From NCBI RefSeq assembly GCF_009834535.1, contig NC_045700.1, positions 93,000,001 to 93,064,000 on the forward strand: a stretch of 64,000 nucleotides of DNA, read 5' to 3'. Origin of the DNA: Camelus ferus (Eukaryota). Of the stretch, positions 48,360 through 61,586 are shown in pieces. A model generated the notes under the pieces. It was given only the letters and a program-made list of their open reading frames with translations, had not been told where the DNA came from and did no database searches. The first letter of the stretch is position 1. The number at the start of each line of letters is the position of its first letter. A program made the translations under genes and the position numbers.

Positions 48360-48545
48360 AATTAGCTTTGTGGCTTGCGGGCAGGATTATTAAATCTCTA
48401 TCTCAATACTCCCATCTGTAAAGTGGGAATAAAATTTCTGCTTCCCAAGAGACTGTTGTCAGGATGAAAAGAGATAGTCATGGAAGCACTTAGAATAAGG
48501 GCAAGAGTGTTATAAGCACTCAGTAATTATTGAATATTATTATTA
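48360..48545 (+). mobile_element. MIR SINE
   Basis: ctatctcaatactcccatctgtaaagtgggaataa, ggaagcacttagaat, aagcactcagtaattattg. Confidence 0.7.
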
Positions 48546-50819
48546 TAATCCTTTGCAAGAATGAACAGTACATTTCTGTAAGTAAAACTCATGTGAAAAA
48601 GAGTGCAGGCGTTTAGAGTTCTGATAAACAAACTGCCTGCCTGAACATTTGCTCTACAAGTGTCCAGCCTCACTCACAAACAAACGGGAGTCAAAACAAG
48701 GCAGCCTCATCCCCACCCACCTAATTGCCAGGAGAAGAGAACGTGCTGATGAGGCTGGGGGGGGGGGGTTCTCACGCTAAGTGGCAGCACGTTCAAGAGA
48801 CCCCCTTGCTAATTTTTTCAGGCTGTTCCTGGCATCTCTACAGTTTGGGTTTTTAAAACCAACTGTGCAAAGTCTAGTTTGGCTTCAATGACCCCGAGGT
48901 TGAGGGGTCGTGGGTAGAGTTCCTCTAAGGAGAAAGGCCCTCCCCGATGCTGTGAGCCCGGGGCCCAGGCGGCTCCCAGCAGGAGGCTCTCGGCATATCT
49001 CAGCCCTCTAAGGCGTGGATTTACCATTCCAGCTGAACGCCAGTCCACGGACAGCAATGTGAAGGGACGGAATAAGCGACGTGCAGGAGGACGGGGACCC
49101 TTCCTTTGGAGGCTCTGAAGCCAGTGGTTAGGACACCAGGCATTGACTCCTGTTACCACTATGTGAGCTTGGGCAAACTACCTAATCTTGCTCAACCTCC
49201 TTCCTCCCTCCGCAGAGTAGGGACAGCACCATTTCCTCTCTCCAGGGCTGGCATCCAGCTCCTGGCACCAGGAGGGCCATGAAATGCTGAAATATTGGTC
49301 AGTCGGTCAACAGCCACTAGCCTCATCTCTTTGCCTGAACCCTCTCCCTGCCGGCTCTTCCCGCCCCTTCCCGAGGATTCTCCCCCAATTCTCCCTCGAC
49401 TAAAGGGTTTATTCCTCTGGGACCCTGTTTATCACTGCAGCCAAGTCCACTTTTCATGATCATTGTTTAAAAGGTTGAATAATTTGAGCATCACCTTTGC
49501 CTGTCCTGTGGAGTCATGGAGTCTCGGGGGATAATACGCAGAAATCACCTGGTGCCTCCTACAAACCAAGCACCATTAGTAAACGACCGTGTGATGGAAA
49601 TCAAACTATTAACCTGAAACAGAGACAAGCCGTCGTAGCACGAGATCACGTTCCGTCTTCCTCGCCCCTCCAGTCTCCTCCGGGAGAGGATTCTTGTTTG
49701 TAGCATCTTGGAGAGAAGAATAAAGGGAACTGGAGAGTCAGGGGTGAGCTCCAAACGTGGGGCCGGAAAGGAGGGCCACGGGAAGCGGAGACAGGGAAGA
49801 CTTGCTGCCAAACGTCTAGAAGACGCTAGTTTGGAAATTAGGAATAGAAGGGGCGAGAAAGCTGTGGTTTCAGGAAAGGTCAGTTCTCCCTTGAGGTGGG
49901 TCGCCAGAGGCTGACTCCGTGGGAGGCCCGTGAAGTCTACACTTCGGGGCCATTGGCCTGCAGGGGCCCCTTCCAAGCGCTAGGAGGGGCCACCTCATAT
50001 GTTGACACCGTCATGAACGTTTTTGCAAACTGTGAAAATGAACTGTTTTAACGGCAGTTGGTTATGATCTTTCTCTCTCTCTCGTCTCATTTTCCTCCGT
50101 CAGCTCCTCACATCCATGGCACTGGAGTGGACTGGGCAGTTTGGGGATCTGAGAGGAAGTTGCCTTGGTGATATGTTTAGTTGGGGCTTAATGGATAGGT
50201 TTCTCTGTACATAGTTTAGGGTGTTTCTAGCCATCTTCGCCTAGGGGCGGCCGCCGGGAAAAACCCTGTCACCGGCTGCGCGACTCCCTGCTTTGTGGAT
50301 GACCACTTTGTGACATGAAGGTATCCTCCAGTTCCCCGCATCACAAGGATGTGCATAGAGGAGCCAAAATAAGTTTAAAGTAAGAAGCCAGGAGCTAAAC
50401 TGTGGGAGAGCCTTCTGGTCATTACACATACAAATTTTAAGCTGAAGGTGCCGTTCTTAGGGACACACAGCTCAAGCAGAAATTCTCTCCCATCAAAATG
50501 ATGCCTATAATACCACACATCTGGCTACAAGTGGGCCATATTTTTCTCTTTGTCCATGGGAATTGTGTAAATAGAACTTACCAGAATTTCTGTGTGAGTT
50601 GCACTAACCTCCAGCAGTAACACAGACAGTAGGCACACTTGCAGATGAAGACGCTTGCTTTATGCACCCCAGCTTTGGGATCACATTTTCACGTTTCTGA
50701 CACACGTCTTGTTCTTACAAAGTCTGATGCTTCTAGATGAAACAGCATGCAAAATCACTGCCTCACAGCAAAGCGGCCTGAGCAAGCCAGGTTCTTACCG
50801 AAAACGGTATTTTTCTAAA

Positions 50820-51010
50820 AGACAGCATTTGTAGTAGGAGTGCAACTCAATTACCAAAATATGTGTAATCAAAAATTGCACTTTCTTGACTCGTTATAAA
50901 TAAATACTCATTTTGTGCCTAATTTTAGATTCATAATTTTGTATTTTTCTTAATGAGGTACTCCAAAATTGTATAAGCTTCAGGCTCCATAAAATCTGGG
51001 TCTGCCCTTG
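50820..51010 (-). mobile_element. hAT-family DNA transposon end (MER53/Arthur1-like)
   Basis: ctccaaaattgtataagcttcaggctccataaaatctgggtctgcccttg resembles a hAT terminal segment; family assignment is from memory. Confidence 0.5.
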
Positions 51011-51049
51011 CAAAAAATCATGTGGAGAGAAAGCATCTTCCTTTAAACT

Positions 51050-52290
51050 CTATATTTTGAATTAATTTGAGACATAAAACAAAATTATAGAAGCATTATG
51101 CCCTGCTTCCAATTCATATTAACACAACCACAGCTTAATCAACAATAGGACATTGACACCGCTATGACATCATTAATTAAACTGCAGACCCTATTAGAGC
51201 CAGACTGATTTTGCCTCTAACGTCCTTTTTCTACTCCCACATCCTGTCCGGGGTCTCATATTGCATTTAACTGTTGGTTCTCATGAGTCTCCTCCAGTCT
51301 GTGACCGATCCTTGGTCTTTCCACATCTTTCATGACCTTGACACTCTGGGAGAATACTGAAGAGTTACTCAGAAGGACGTGCCTCAGTTAAGGTGTGGCC
51401 AACGTTTGTTTGTGACTGGAGTAAGAATACGGAAAAAATGATGTTCTATCCTTCCAGGGCGTCTCATCAAGGGGTTCATGATGCCGATACGTGTTGTTAA
51501 TTGTGACGTTGGCTTTGATCATTTGGCTAAGTTGTGCCTGCTGGGTTTCTCCATTGTCAAGTCATTCTCTTCTTGGAAGTGGGTTAGAATCTTGGGGGAG
51601 ACACTTTGAGACTCTGCAAACCCGACTTCTCCTCAAACACTCTCCCACTGCTTTTGGCGTTGGCGGATCGTGTCTGCAACAGTGATGGCTGAGAAGCTCG
51701 CTTAACGATTACTCTCTCTTCTCTTTTTGTCTTTACTCAGCAACTGCAGTTCTGTTTTGAGGAAGCGCCATCTCCTCTTCCCCATGTTTTTACTTATTTA
51801 TTCATTTACTTATTTATTTATACCTGTATGAACTCATGATGGCTTTTAATTTTTCACTCCATACGTTAAAATTCAACACTATCATCATTTCCTTTGTTGC
51901 ACAAATGTTTCAGCTTTGGCCACGTGGGCTTCCTTCATGTTGACTCTTGTATTCCTTTGATAAGCTGCCATCTTTTCTTGAGCATTTTCTTACTTTGGCA
52001 CCACAAGGTTCATCCTGTGTTTTCCTAGCTCTAGCGCTGGGGCCAACCCCTTTCCCCTGGTCCCTTTTATTGGGTGACGGTGTTTAGAGACCAAGATCCG
52101 GGCTCCAGGTGTGCTCACTGTTACCGGGAAATGCCTGCTTCTAGGTGCTCTCAGGGACAGAGAGCTAAGATGTGTATCTGTCCAGCAACCCATCTGACAC
52201 ACACATCTGTACTTCTCTCTCTACCTCTGTAAAATCATGAGTTTATACAAATACGTCCCATCTGAATTCAATACCACAAGGTTCATTTTA
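51050..52290 (-). mobile_element. Old L1M (L1MC/MD-type) 3'UTR
   Basis: caataggacattgacacc, catattgcatttaactg, ctttcatgaccttgacactc, ctttgatcatttggctaag, ttggcaccacaaggttcatcctg. Confidence 0.75.
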
Positions 52291-54246
52291 GTGTTTTCTA
52301 GGTAAATACATGGGAGAGGCTACCAGTGTCTTGGAAATAACAGTAAAACCTATGCCCCCCAAATGGCCAGTCCATCCTGTAGCCGTGGGGTTTCACAGGC
52401 TCTCCTCGGGGGTTCATGTCATTTGAGCTCCTCCTTAGTGCCGTGACTTAAAACTGATGGAGGGGCTCAGGCTCCACCAGGAACAAGTAAACCACCTTTG
52501 TCTCATGTTTCGATCACAAAGCAAGGGCACGAAATAGAATGAAAGTGATCCGTTACAATTGTCAGTTCTCCAAATGCTGTGCCTGGCAGAGATTCAGGTG
52601 GATGAAGATGCTCATACTGTGCTGGATTTTATTTCTAAAATTACACTCCGTTGACCTTGGAGCTTTATCAATCCACGGCAATGGGATGCACTTCAGGTCA
52701 ATGAGGTGTGTGCCATCTGACTTGACCCTTCAGTGAGGGTGACTGAAATCCCTGGGTCTGCACGGGCACAGGACAGGACACCGCACACGTGATGCAGGCA
52801 ACCCTAAGACTCGTCAGTGACGGCCCCGAAATCGTGCTAACGTCCTGGAAGGCAGAGACCCCTCCTCCCTAAAAATACCACAGTAACAGCATTGACACTG
52901 CTCACCATGACAGAATTTCCCTAAATACTCGGTTCCTTGTCCGCCCCCTACTTTTCCCAAGGGAGCTGGGGTCAGTGATCTGATTGGAAAGTCAGGGAAA
53001 GAGAACAGCCACCCCTCTACTCCCCCACCCCACCCCCCGCCACCAGCAAAGAGCAGGCGCTCTGGTCCGCTCCTCCCAGCCCCGAGCTCTCCACGTCCAG
53101 AATCACACATGAGGGGGTTTGCCGTTCTTCGTTTGCCTGTGGTTGAGCTGGCAGGTCTAATTCTAAGCCTGGGCATCCTACGCCACAGTCTGGTGCAGGA
53201 GCACTTGGGGGCATTGCAGAAGACCCAGGGCAACTGAGGCTTTTGTGAGGACAGGACATGAAGGTTTCGGTTACTGACAGTTTCAAGATTTAAGATTGAC
53301 CACATGAGATGTGACCTTGGTGAGCCACTGCAGCTTTGGGCCGTTTTGTTTTCCTAGAGGAAGAGCAGCAACCCCTGCCCTTGACCCAGCACAGGCTACC
53401 CACACCTCAGCAAATGCTCCCAGGCTGTGACAGCCTTCACAGACCTGGGCAGTGGCAGGAGCACCCAGAGCCCAGGCCTCAGCGAAGGCACAAGCCGCTG
53501 GGAACCCCGTAGATGCTTTAGCCAGATGCGAGCTGCACGGGTGGCCACAGCACGTGGGCCGCCATGACTCGACCTTGAGCTCTGCAGACACAGCTGATAT
53601 CTACGTATGCACAAAGGTGCTGCAGGTGAGGCCAAGGCTGGAGGAGACCCTCCTTGACCTGGACCCTGGTGGGCAGAGCAGTTCTGCTTTTAAACAGGAA
53701 GGCAGCTGAGTTCTGCGTTTGTTGCCTGGAGTTAGCTGCAGCTTCAGAATGTGGGTTCCGAGCCTGGGGAGACAGGCAACCACAGAGAGACCCCCGATCT
53801 CATTCTGCATTCACGGCCAAGGACAGGCGGGAGGGACCGAGCTTTAGCCACGGGGTTCCCCACAGGGTCTCCAGCTGGCTCTTGACGCGGTCATCACGAA
53901 AGCTCTGACCCCAGCTTTTGACTTCAGAGAACCAAACTGACTTACCTTCAGGAGGTGGGAGATTTTCAGTCATAGATAAAAAAGACACAGGGATCTCCCC
54001 TGAAACAAGGGCTGTCATTTTGGGTAAAGGAAGAGAAACAACTCAGTGACATGGTTGCAAATCCAAAAGCTAGAAAGGCCTGTGCCTCTGAGAATCATGT
54101 TTGTTCAGAAAGTTAAGGAGAAATCAGAGTGACATTTAACAAACAACCCAAAAAAAAAGCTTTAGGCTTATAGTCAGAACAGGGGCCCTGGAAAAATAAA
54201 AATAACATAAGGCAGGCAGGGAGGATTCAGCTGGAAAGAGACAGAA

Positions 54247-54615
54247 TTTTTTTTTAATTGAAGTGTAGTTGATTTACAATATTATATTAGATTCAGGTGT
54301 ACAGCATAGTGATTCAGTCATATATATATATATATATTCTTTTTGAGATTCTTTTCCATTACAGGTTATTACGAGACACTGAATGCTGTTCCCTGTGCTG
54401 TACAGCAGGGCCTTGTTACCTACCCACTTGTAAATAATAGTTCTTATCTGTTAATTCCAAACTCCTAATCTCTCCCTCACTCCTCCCCTTCCCCCTTTGG
54501 TACCACAAATTTTATTTTCTACACCTGTGAGTGTGTTGCTGTTTTGCAAATAAGTTCATTTGTATCATTTTCTTAGATTCCACATATAAGTGATATCATA
54601 TGATATTTGTCTTTG
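54247..54615 (-). mobile_element. L1 3' end
   Basis: T tail, aattgaagtgtagttgatttacaat, agattccacatataagtgatatcatatgatatttgtc. Confidence 0.9.
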
Positions 54616-55757
54616 GAGAGAGAGAGAGATTTCTTTAAGAGATGGGAGAAAGGGTGGGGTTTTAGCAACACCCAAAACAGTATTGGAAGGAAAACTGAGA
54701 TCTCAGGGCCAGGGGAGACAGGTATAAACAGGACAGGAGATGCACTCGGGTCCAGCAGGGAGATGCGGGGATGTTGCTAACGTGATCTTGGCTGTTAACA
54801 GGTCAGAACAGCAGAGTCCGATGAAATCTGACAGCTCTGCACTCTCAGGAGTTCTGCCAGGACGACCTCCTTCCTGGGGGCGAGGGCACTCAGAGGATCC
54901 AAGTCCACGGTGAAAGCAACCGCGAACCACCGTCCACATTGGACAGGTATTCCAAGTGGCTGCAGAAAATCTGAGCAGATTTCAGAGGTCACCCAGACCA
55001 GCGTGAAACACTCAAAGAAGCCTCCTCTGATGCATTTCAAGGTAACACAGCCAACGTGGTACCAGAACCTCCTGCCCCATGAGAACAAGTTCAGGAACAA
55101 AGGCTCTACAAGAAGGTACAGCCAAGAAGCCCTGAGCCAGGAGGACAGGAATTAGACCAAGTCCTGCCTGGATGAAACACTCATGCTTGGGTACCCCTGG
55201 TGGAATGACCCGCTCAGGAAGGGAGCTGTAAGGAAATGAGTCTCTGAACAGTGGATGGTGGTCACAAACCTAGAACGTTTTTATTTCCTTTTCTTCACCC
55301 GGCAGCCTCACAAAGCAGAGTATGGGTATGAAGGAAAATGTTATAACAAAAGGCACGAGGCACTAGAAAGAGAGAAGGCACTCAGATTGGGCTCACAGTT
55401 CTAACCCGACGTGTGTGGGACCAGGAGAGGGAGCCATTCAGAAAGTAGCTTAAACTCCTGGAAACTCCAGGGCCCCTGGGGGAACAGGACAGCAAAGGGA
55501 AACCCACACCCCCAAACACTGGAGGGCCGGCTGCAAAGGGAGCATCCTCGATGGAGCAGCCAAGCATGCACTCAAAGTACCGAAGTACCCACACTAGAAG
55601 TTTTCTTACGCAGAATGAGGAAGAGACTGCACAGAAGACCTGGGGATGGGTCTTGGACTACAAATGTCAAAGTTCTGCCAGAAGGCAGCAGTGTCCCACA
55701 TGTACAGATGGCTTCTCCCCAGACGAGCTGAACACACACCATAATAATGTCTCCATG

Positions 55758-56625
55758 CACACAGATGACCAACAGGCACGTGAAAAGATGCTCAACATCA
55801 CTAATTACTAAGAAACCAAAACTACAATGAGGTATCACCTCACATCAGTCAGAAGGGCCATCATCAAAAAGTCTACAAGTAATAAATGCTGGAGAGGGTG
55901 TGGAGAAAAGGGAACCCTCCTTCACTGTTGGTGGGAATGTAAACTAGTGCAGTCACTATGGAGGACAGTATGGAGGGTCCTTAAAAACTAAAAATAGATT
56001 TACCATAAGATCCAGCAGTCCCACTCCTAGGCATATATCTGGAGGGAACTCTAATTTAAAAACATACATGCACCCNNNNNNNNNNNNNNNNNNNNNNNNN
56101 NNNNNNNNNNNNNNNNNNNNNNNNNNNNNNNNNNNNNNNNNNNNNNNNNNNNNNNNNNNNNNNNNNNNNNNNNNNNNNNNNNNNNNNNNNNNNNNNNNNN
56201 NNNNNNNNNNNNNNNNNNNAGCAACATGGACCTACAGATTACCATACTAAGTGAAGTAAGTCAGAGAAAGACAAATACCATATGGTAATACTTATATGTG
56301 GAATCTAAAAAAGTGATACAAATGAACTTATTTACAAAACAGAAACAGACTCACAGACATAGAAAAAAACTTACAGTTACCAAAGGGGAAAGGCGGGGAG
56401 GGATGAATTAGGAGTTTGGGATTAACAGATACACATGACTGTATATAAAATAAACAAGGTCCTACCATATAGCATAGGGAACTATATTCAACATCTTATA
56501 ATAAATTGTAATGGAAAAGAATATATATTTTAGATAGATAGATCAATCTGGATCACTATGTTGTACACCAGAAACTAACACAACATTGTAAATCAACTCT
56601 ACTTCACTAAAAATTTAGTTAAAAA
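55758..56625 (+). mobile_element. L1 ORF2 C-terminus and 3'UTR, containing an N gap
   Basis: Encodes [41 protein letters not shown]; TSD aataatgtctccatg (55743-55757) and aataatgtctcaatg (56626-56640). Confidence 0.93.
56076..56219. other. Assembly gap (144 N)
   Basis: N run inside an L1. Confidence 0.99.
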
Positions 56626-56889
56626 AATAATGTCTCAATGGCACATTTCTTTCAATTGAGCATAACTTGGAGGTCAAGGACCTGGGCCCCGCCTCACAGA
56701 CTGACGGGCAGCCTGGGGGATGAGAGTAAGGCTCTCTCCAGCCCCACCCTTTGTGCACACGCCCCAGGTCACCGCAGGGCTGGGCACTGGCCTGCCTCAC
56801 TAAGGTGGTGGGGTGACATGGACGGTCTGTTATTCCTGCCTTTTTAACCCTTGGACTCCTTAAAAGAGGTGTACATGAGAGACTGCTTC

Positions 56890-57015
56890 AAACTCGAGAG
56901 TTTCTCAGCCTTGGCTGCACACTGGAATCACCTGGGAGCCTTGGAAAAGCACTGATGCCCAGATCCTGCCCGAGAGACCCTGAGTGCAGAGCTGTGGGAT
57001 ACGACCAGGGTGCTG
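56890..57015. mobile_element. MER5A-like hAT-Charlie DNA transposon
   Basis: gtttctcagccttggctgcacactggaatcacctgggagccttggaaaagcactgatgcccag. Confidence 0.75.
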
Positions 57016-57037
57016 GGAGTTGGACACACTCTACAGG

Positions 57038-57461
57038 TGTAGTGGGACAAAAACTCACATTCAGAACCTCAGGATGTGACCTCATTTGGAAATATGGTCT
57101 TTGCAGATGTAATTAGTTGGTGATCAAGTTGGGGGCACCCTGGCTGGAGGCACGGGCTCTACATCCAATGAGAGCATCCTTGTATAGGAGACAGAAAGAC
57201 ACAGGAACACAGGGCAGTCGATGTGAAGACAGAGGCAGAGGTTGGAGGGATGCGCCCACAAGCCAAGACATGCCAAGGCTTTCCAGCAACCATCAGAAGG
57301 CAGAAGGCAGGGATGGCTTCTCCCTCGGAGCCTCCAGAAGGAGCCAACCCTGGATTGTGACTTTAAACTTCTAGCCTCTAGAGCTGTGAGAGAACAAATT
57401 TCTGGCGTTTTAAGCCCCTCAATTTATAGCACTCAGTTACAGCAGTCCCAGGGAACAAATG
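57038..57461 (+). mobile_element. MLT1C-type MaLR solo LTR
   Basis: agaacctcaggatgtgacctcatttggaaatatggtctttgcagatgtaatt, gtgaagacagaggcagaggttggaggga, cagcagtcccagggaacaaatgca. Confidence 0.9.
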
Positions 57462-58019
57462 CACCTGTCAACCGCCCCATGGGGCCAGGCTGGCCACCCC
57501 TGCCTTTCCAATGGCAGAGACCCCCAACTGCGTGAAGAACCCTCAGTCTGCCCATCGTCCCACCCAGGTCTCTGGCTGAGCCGGAGAGGAATTAGAAACC
57601 GGGAGCTTGATTTTCGGTCTTTAATTTCTTTGACTTTTAACACAGAAGGACAAAAAAAAAATTTAATTCCGACGTTGATTCCACTGGACTGCTGCTTCTT
57701 TGAAGTTTAACTTGGAAGGGGACCTAATCTTCTGGTTTTATTTATCCCCAGGAACTTCTTAATGAAGAGAGAGTTTATATTCAAATATAAGGTGACTCAT
57801 TACCGCCTTTTCCTTTCTGGAGAATCTTTAGATGTTATTTGACCACATTGCAGAACCTCCCATAGGCGATGCCAAACACAGGAATAGATCTAATTTGAAA
57901 GGGAAAATAGAAGACGGAGTGTGTGGTCTTGGGGAAAAGTGACCTTGAGTACTTAGCTCACTCAGCGCCCCAGCTGATTTCTGAGCTGCTCAGGGGCAGA
58001 GGCTGTCCAAGCTCCTAAG

Positions 58020-58155
58020 AGAATCCGTGCAAGACCCGCGCCTGGCGTGGGGGCAGCGTGGGTGCGGGCGGGGGCACGCCTGCCCTGACCGGCTGCTGGT
58101 CCCCTCCCCCGAGACGGGGCTCGCCCTCCACTGCCCACTGGCCCGACAGGTGAGC
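58020..58155 (+). promoter_or_regulatory. GC-box/CpG cluster ending in a splice donor (first-exon-like)
   Basis: gcgtgggtgcgggcgggggc GC box; donor CAG|GTGAGC at 58150. Confidence 0.4.
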
Positions 58156-58549
58156 CCAGAGGGTGAAGAGCAGAGTCGGCGGGGAGAGTGGAAGCCACCC
58201 CTCTGGCTTTCTTGGGGAAGGGCTTGTCCAGGACGCCCCAGACCTCTGCCCAGTCCGCACCAGCAGAGCAAGCTCCTCAAAGGCGACAGCACCAGCCCTC
58301 TTCACCAAGTGCAGGCTGAAGTGACTTGTCAGAAGTCTTCTACGCCCCCGAGAGTCTGTCTTCCCTTCTCTCCACCCAGACCAGCACAAGGCAGGACAGG
58401 CGAAGTGGGTCAGCTGGACAGGACTAGGCAAGACCAGGTGGGAGGGGAGTGCCACTCACTGACCCTGAAAGCAAACACTGCTGACCTTACTGAGGTCTGG
58501 CCTGGCACGAGGCTCTGGGCCGGGACGTCACAGGAATATTAAATACTGT

Positions 58550-59300
58550 GGGTTTTTTAATTAAAGTACAGTCAGTTCACAATGTGTCAATTCCTGGTGT
58601 ATGGCATAATAGTTCAGTCATACATATACATACATACATTCCTTTTCATATTCTTTTCCATTATAGGTTACTGTAAGATATTGAATATATTTCCCTGAGC
58701 TATACAATAGAAAATTGTTGTTTATCTATTTTATATACAGTAATTAGTATCTGCAAATCTTGAACTCCCAATTTATCCCTTCCCACCCTCTTCCTCCCCT
58801 GGTAAGTTTGTTTTCTGTGTCTGTGAGTCTGTTTCTGTTTTGTAAATAAGTTTATTTGTGTCTTTTTTTTTAGATTCCACATATAAGTGATATCCTATGG
58901 TATTTTCCTTTCTCTTTCTGGCTGANNNNNNNNNNNNNNNNNNNNNNNNNNNNNNNNNNNNNNNNNNNNNNNNNNNNNNNNNNNNNNNNNNNNNNNNNNN
59001 NNNNNNNNNNNNNNNNNNNNNNNNNNNNNNNNNNNNNNNNNNNNNNNNNNNNNNNNNNNNNNNNNNNNNNNNNNNNNNNNNNNNNNNNNNNNNNNNNNNN
59101 NNNNNNNNNGAATGCATATGTCTTTTCAAATTACAGTTTTTCCAGATATATGCCCAGGGGTGGGACTGCTGGATCATATGGTAACTCTATTTTTAGTTTT
59201 TTAAGGAACCTCCATCCTGTCCTCCATAGTGGCTGCACCAAATTACACCCCCACCTACAGTGTAGGAGGGCTTCCTTTTCTCCACACCCGCTCCAGCTCT
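58550..59300 (-). mobile_element. L1 3' end and ORF2 end, containing an N gap
   Basis: cagtcatacatatacatacatacattcc, gggactgctggatcatatggtaactctatttttagttttttaaggaacctcc. Confidence 0.92.
58926..59109. other. Assembly gap (184 N)
   Basis: N run inside an L1. Confidence 0.99.
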
Positions 59301-59479
59301 TACACACTGTTGTGCTGAGTGCTCACTACTGCCCCAGCAAGGAGACGATCTACCATACCATTTCACAGATGAGTGCACTGAGGCACAGAGAGGCTAAGTA
59401 CTATTATACCCACGGGGAGTGCAGGAGAGGAGACTTGAACCCAAGTATTTTGACCCCAAGCCCCAAAGTTAATGAAAGA

Positions 59480-59800
59480 AAGTATATGGGACTTATGGTT
59501 AGCAAAGGGGAAAAGTAGGGGGAGAGATAAATTAGGAGTTTGGGATTAACAGATACACACTACTATGTATAAAATAGATGAACAGCAAGGACCTGCTGTA
59601 CAGCACAGGGAACTATATTCAATTACTTGTAATAACCTATAATGGAAAAGAATCTGAAAAATAAAAGAGATATATATATATATAAAAAACTGATTGTATA
59701 TATAAGAAACTGAATCACTATGCCATACACCTGAAACTAACACAACATTGTAAATCAACTATACTTCAATATAAATAAATATACTTCAATATAAATAAAA
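59480..59800 (+). mobile_element. L1 3' end with a duplicated terminal 20-mer
   Basis: ggagtttgggattaacagatacacactac; atacttcaatataaataaa twice at 59761-59800. Confidence 0.9.
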
Positions 59801-61586
59801 AAATAAAATGTAAATATACATATAAAAGAAAACATATGTGGATAATGGCAAAACTGTGTTGGCAAGATTATATGCACAAATATAAAATACATTTGAGCAC
59901 GATAAACTCATGAAGTATGCATGCGTATATATAAAGATACATTCACGTATGAGTTCATGAGTATATACATGTATGTGAGTGTGAAACATATAGGTGAATA
60001 CGATACATCTGAGTTTATATATGCTCACAAGTCTTGATAAATATATATCATCTATAGTAAATATGTGTGTGTATATGTGTACATATCTGGCAATTTCTCT
60101 TAGATTTTTATTTTATAATTATAAATACATTTGAATTTATTATCAGAATAAGAGCTCTGCAAACATATATGTATAAGGCCGTTCAGTGCAGCTTCTTTAT
60201 AATAACAGAAAATAGAAACCATATGAATATCCCAAACAAGAGCTGCCTCGTTAAATATATCACAATAGAGTCAGACAACAGTGAGCGGCTCTTTCCAAGG
60301 CATGCAGATAAGGACAATGGAAGGATGAACAGCAGCCTTATGGTCTGGGGTTTGGGAAGCAGAATGGTGAGTGATAACGACTTGACGGCTGAGAAACCTG
60401 AAGCAGTGAGGATGCTAAGGGCCAAGGAGCAGAATGCCCTGAAAGTCTAGGAAGTGGGGCCCCAGGTACACACAGAAGTGGGGTGAGTGCGGGGGAGTGT
60501 AGGGCTAAACCAGGGGGAGCTGAGGGAGAGTTCAGGTAACCCCGCCTCTCGGCAGAGGCAATGCCCCTTCCTGACCCCTGCAAGGCCTGGAAGGGGACCC
60601 TCTGGAGAGAGGGAAGCAAATGGCCTCTGGACAGGGTACCCAGGCTCCATCGAGGGTAGGGCCCTCCCCTGAAGACAGTGAGGTCCCGCATGTGTTTGCC
60701 CTCTGGGTGCTGAGACCTCTTTCCTCCAGCACCTCCAGGCAGGACGCTGGCAGCAGTGTCTCCCCTGGAAAGGGCCAACAAAAATATCAACCCCGGAAAT
60801 TCCCAACTCCGCAGCCCAGCCATTGGAACAGACTGACAGGGCCGGACGATCAGGACCAAGTTTTACCAAAGAAATGACGAGGTGGCCTCGGAGGGAAGTC
60901 TCTGGCCTCTGTGTGGCCCTTGGGTCCTGTCTGCTGCCCTAAACACCAACAGTGGCCAGTGTGAAGTTCCCAAACTGAACACGATGGGAGCCAGATGGAG
61001 GAGACGAGATAGATGGAATGTTCCATCAATGCTGGTGGAAATTACACCATATCTAGAGACACAGCCCAGAGTCGAGCTGCCGTGGAGCAGAGATAAGACC
61101 AAAGGCGTTGGGCTGAGCGCACAGGAAACGTGGGTGTTGGTGCCCAAGCTCCAGAGTTAAAGGGGCCAGAACGCAGAAGAAACAGGGCAAGTGTGTGCTT
61201 CCAGGGAAATTCATGTCAGATTTCAGAAGGAAAGAAATGCACCAAGCAGAAAAGTACCATATCTCAACTGGACCAAAGGCCAGTGGTTAGAAAGAATGTG
61301 GGATTCATGGAGAAGAGATTTAAAAAAAAAAAAAGATCTTGCTAGTTTCAGTTACTGTTTGTGACATTCTGCATTTGTTTCATATGCATAAGTCTGGGGG
61401 TTTGTGATACCAAATGAAGCACACTGATGACAATCGTTGGTGGCCCAGGGACTCTCTTCAAGAGCGCTGGGGAAGACACAGCTGGGCACAGGCTACTGGA
61501 GATGACCAGGAAAGCTTAGCTCCAGAGATCTGCCTTGTGACCCTCAGAACAAAGATTCAAAAAGTGGAAGCCAGGTTAGAGGGGGA

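Noticed and set aside
54850-54950. Coding exon EFCQDDLLPGGEGTQRIQVHGESNREPPSTLD
   Set aside because: Weak acceptor and donor, and no recognisable homology.
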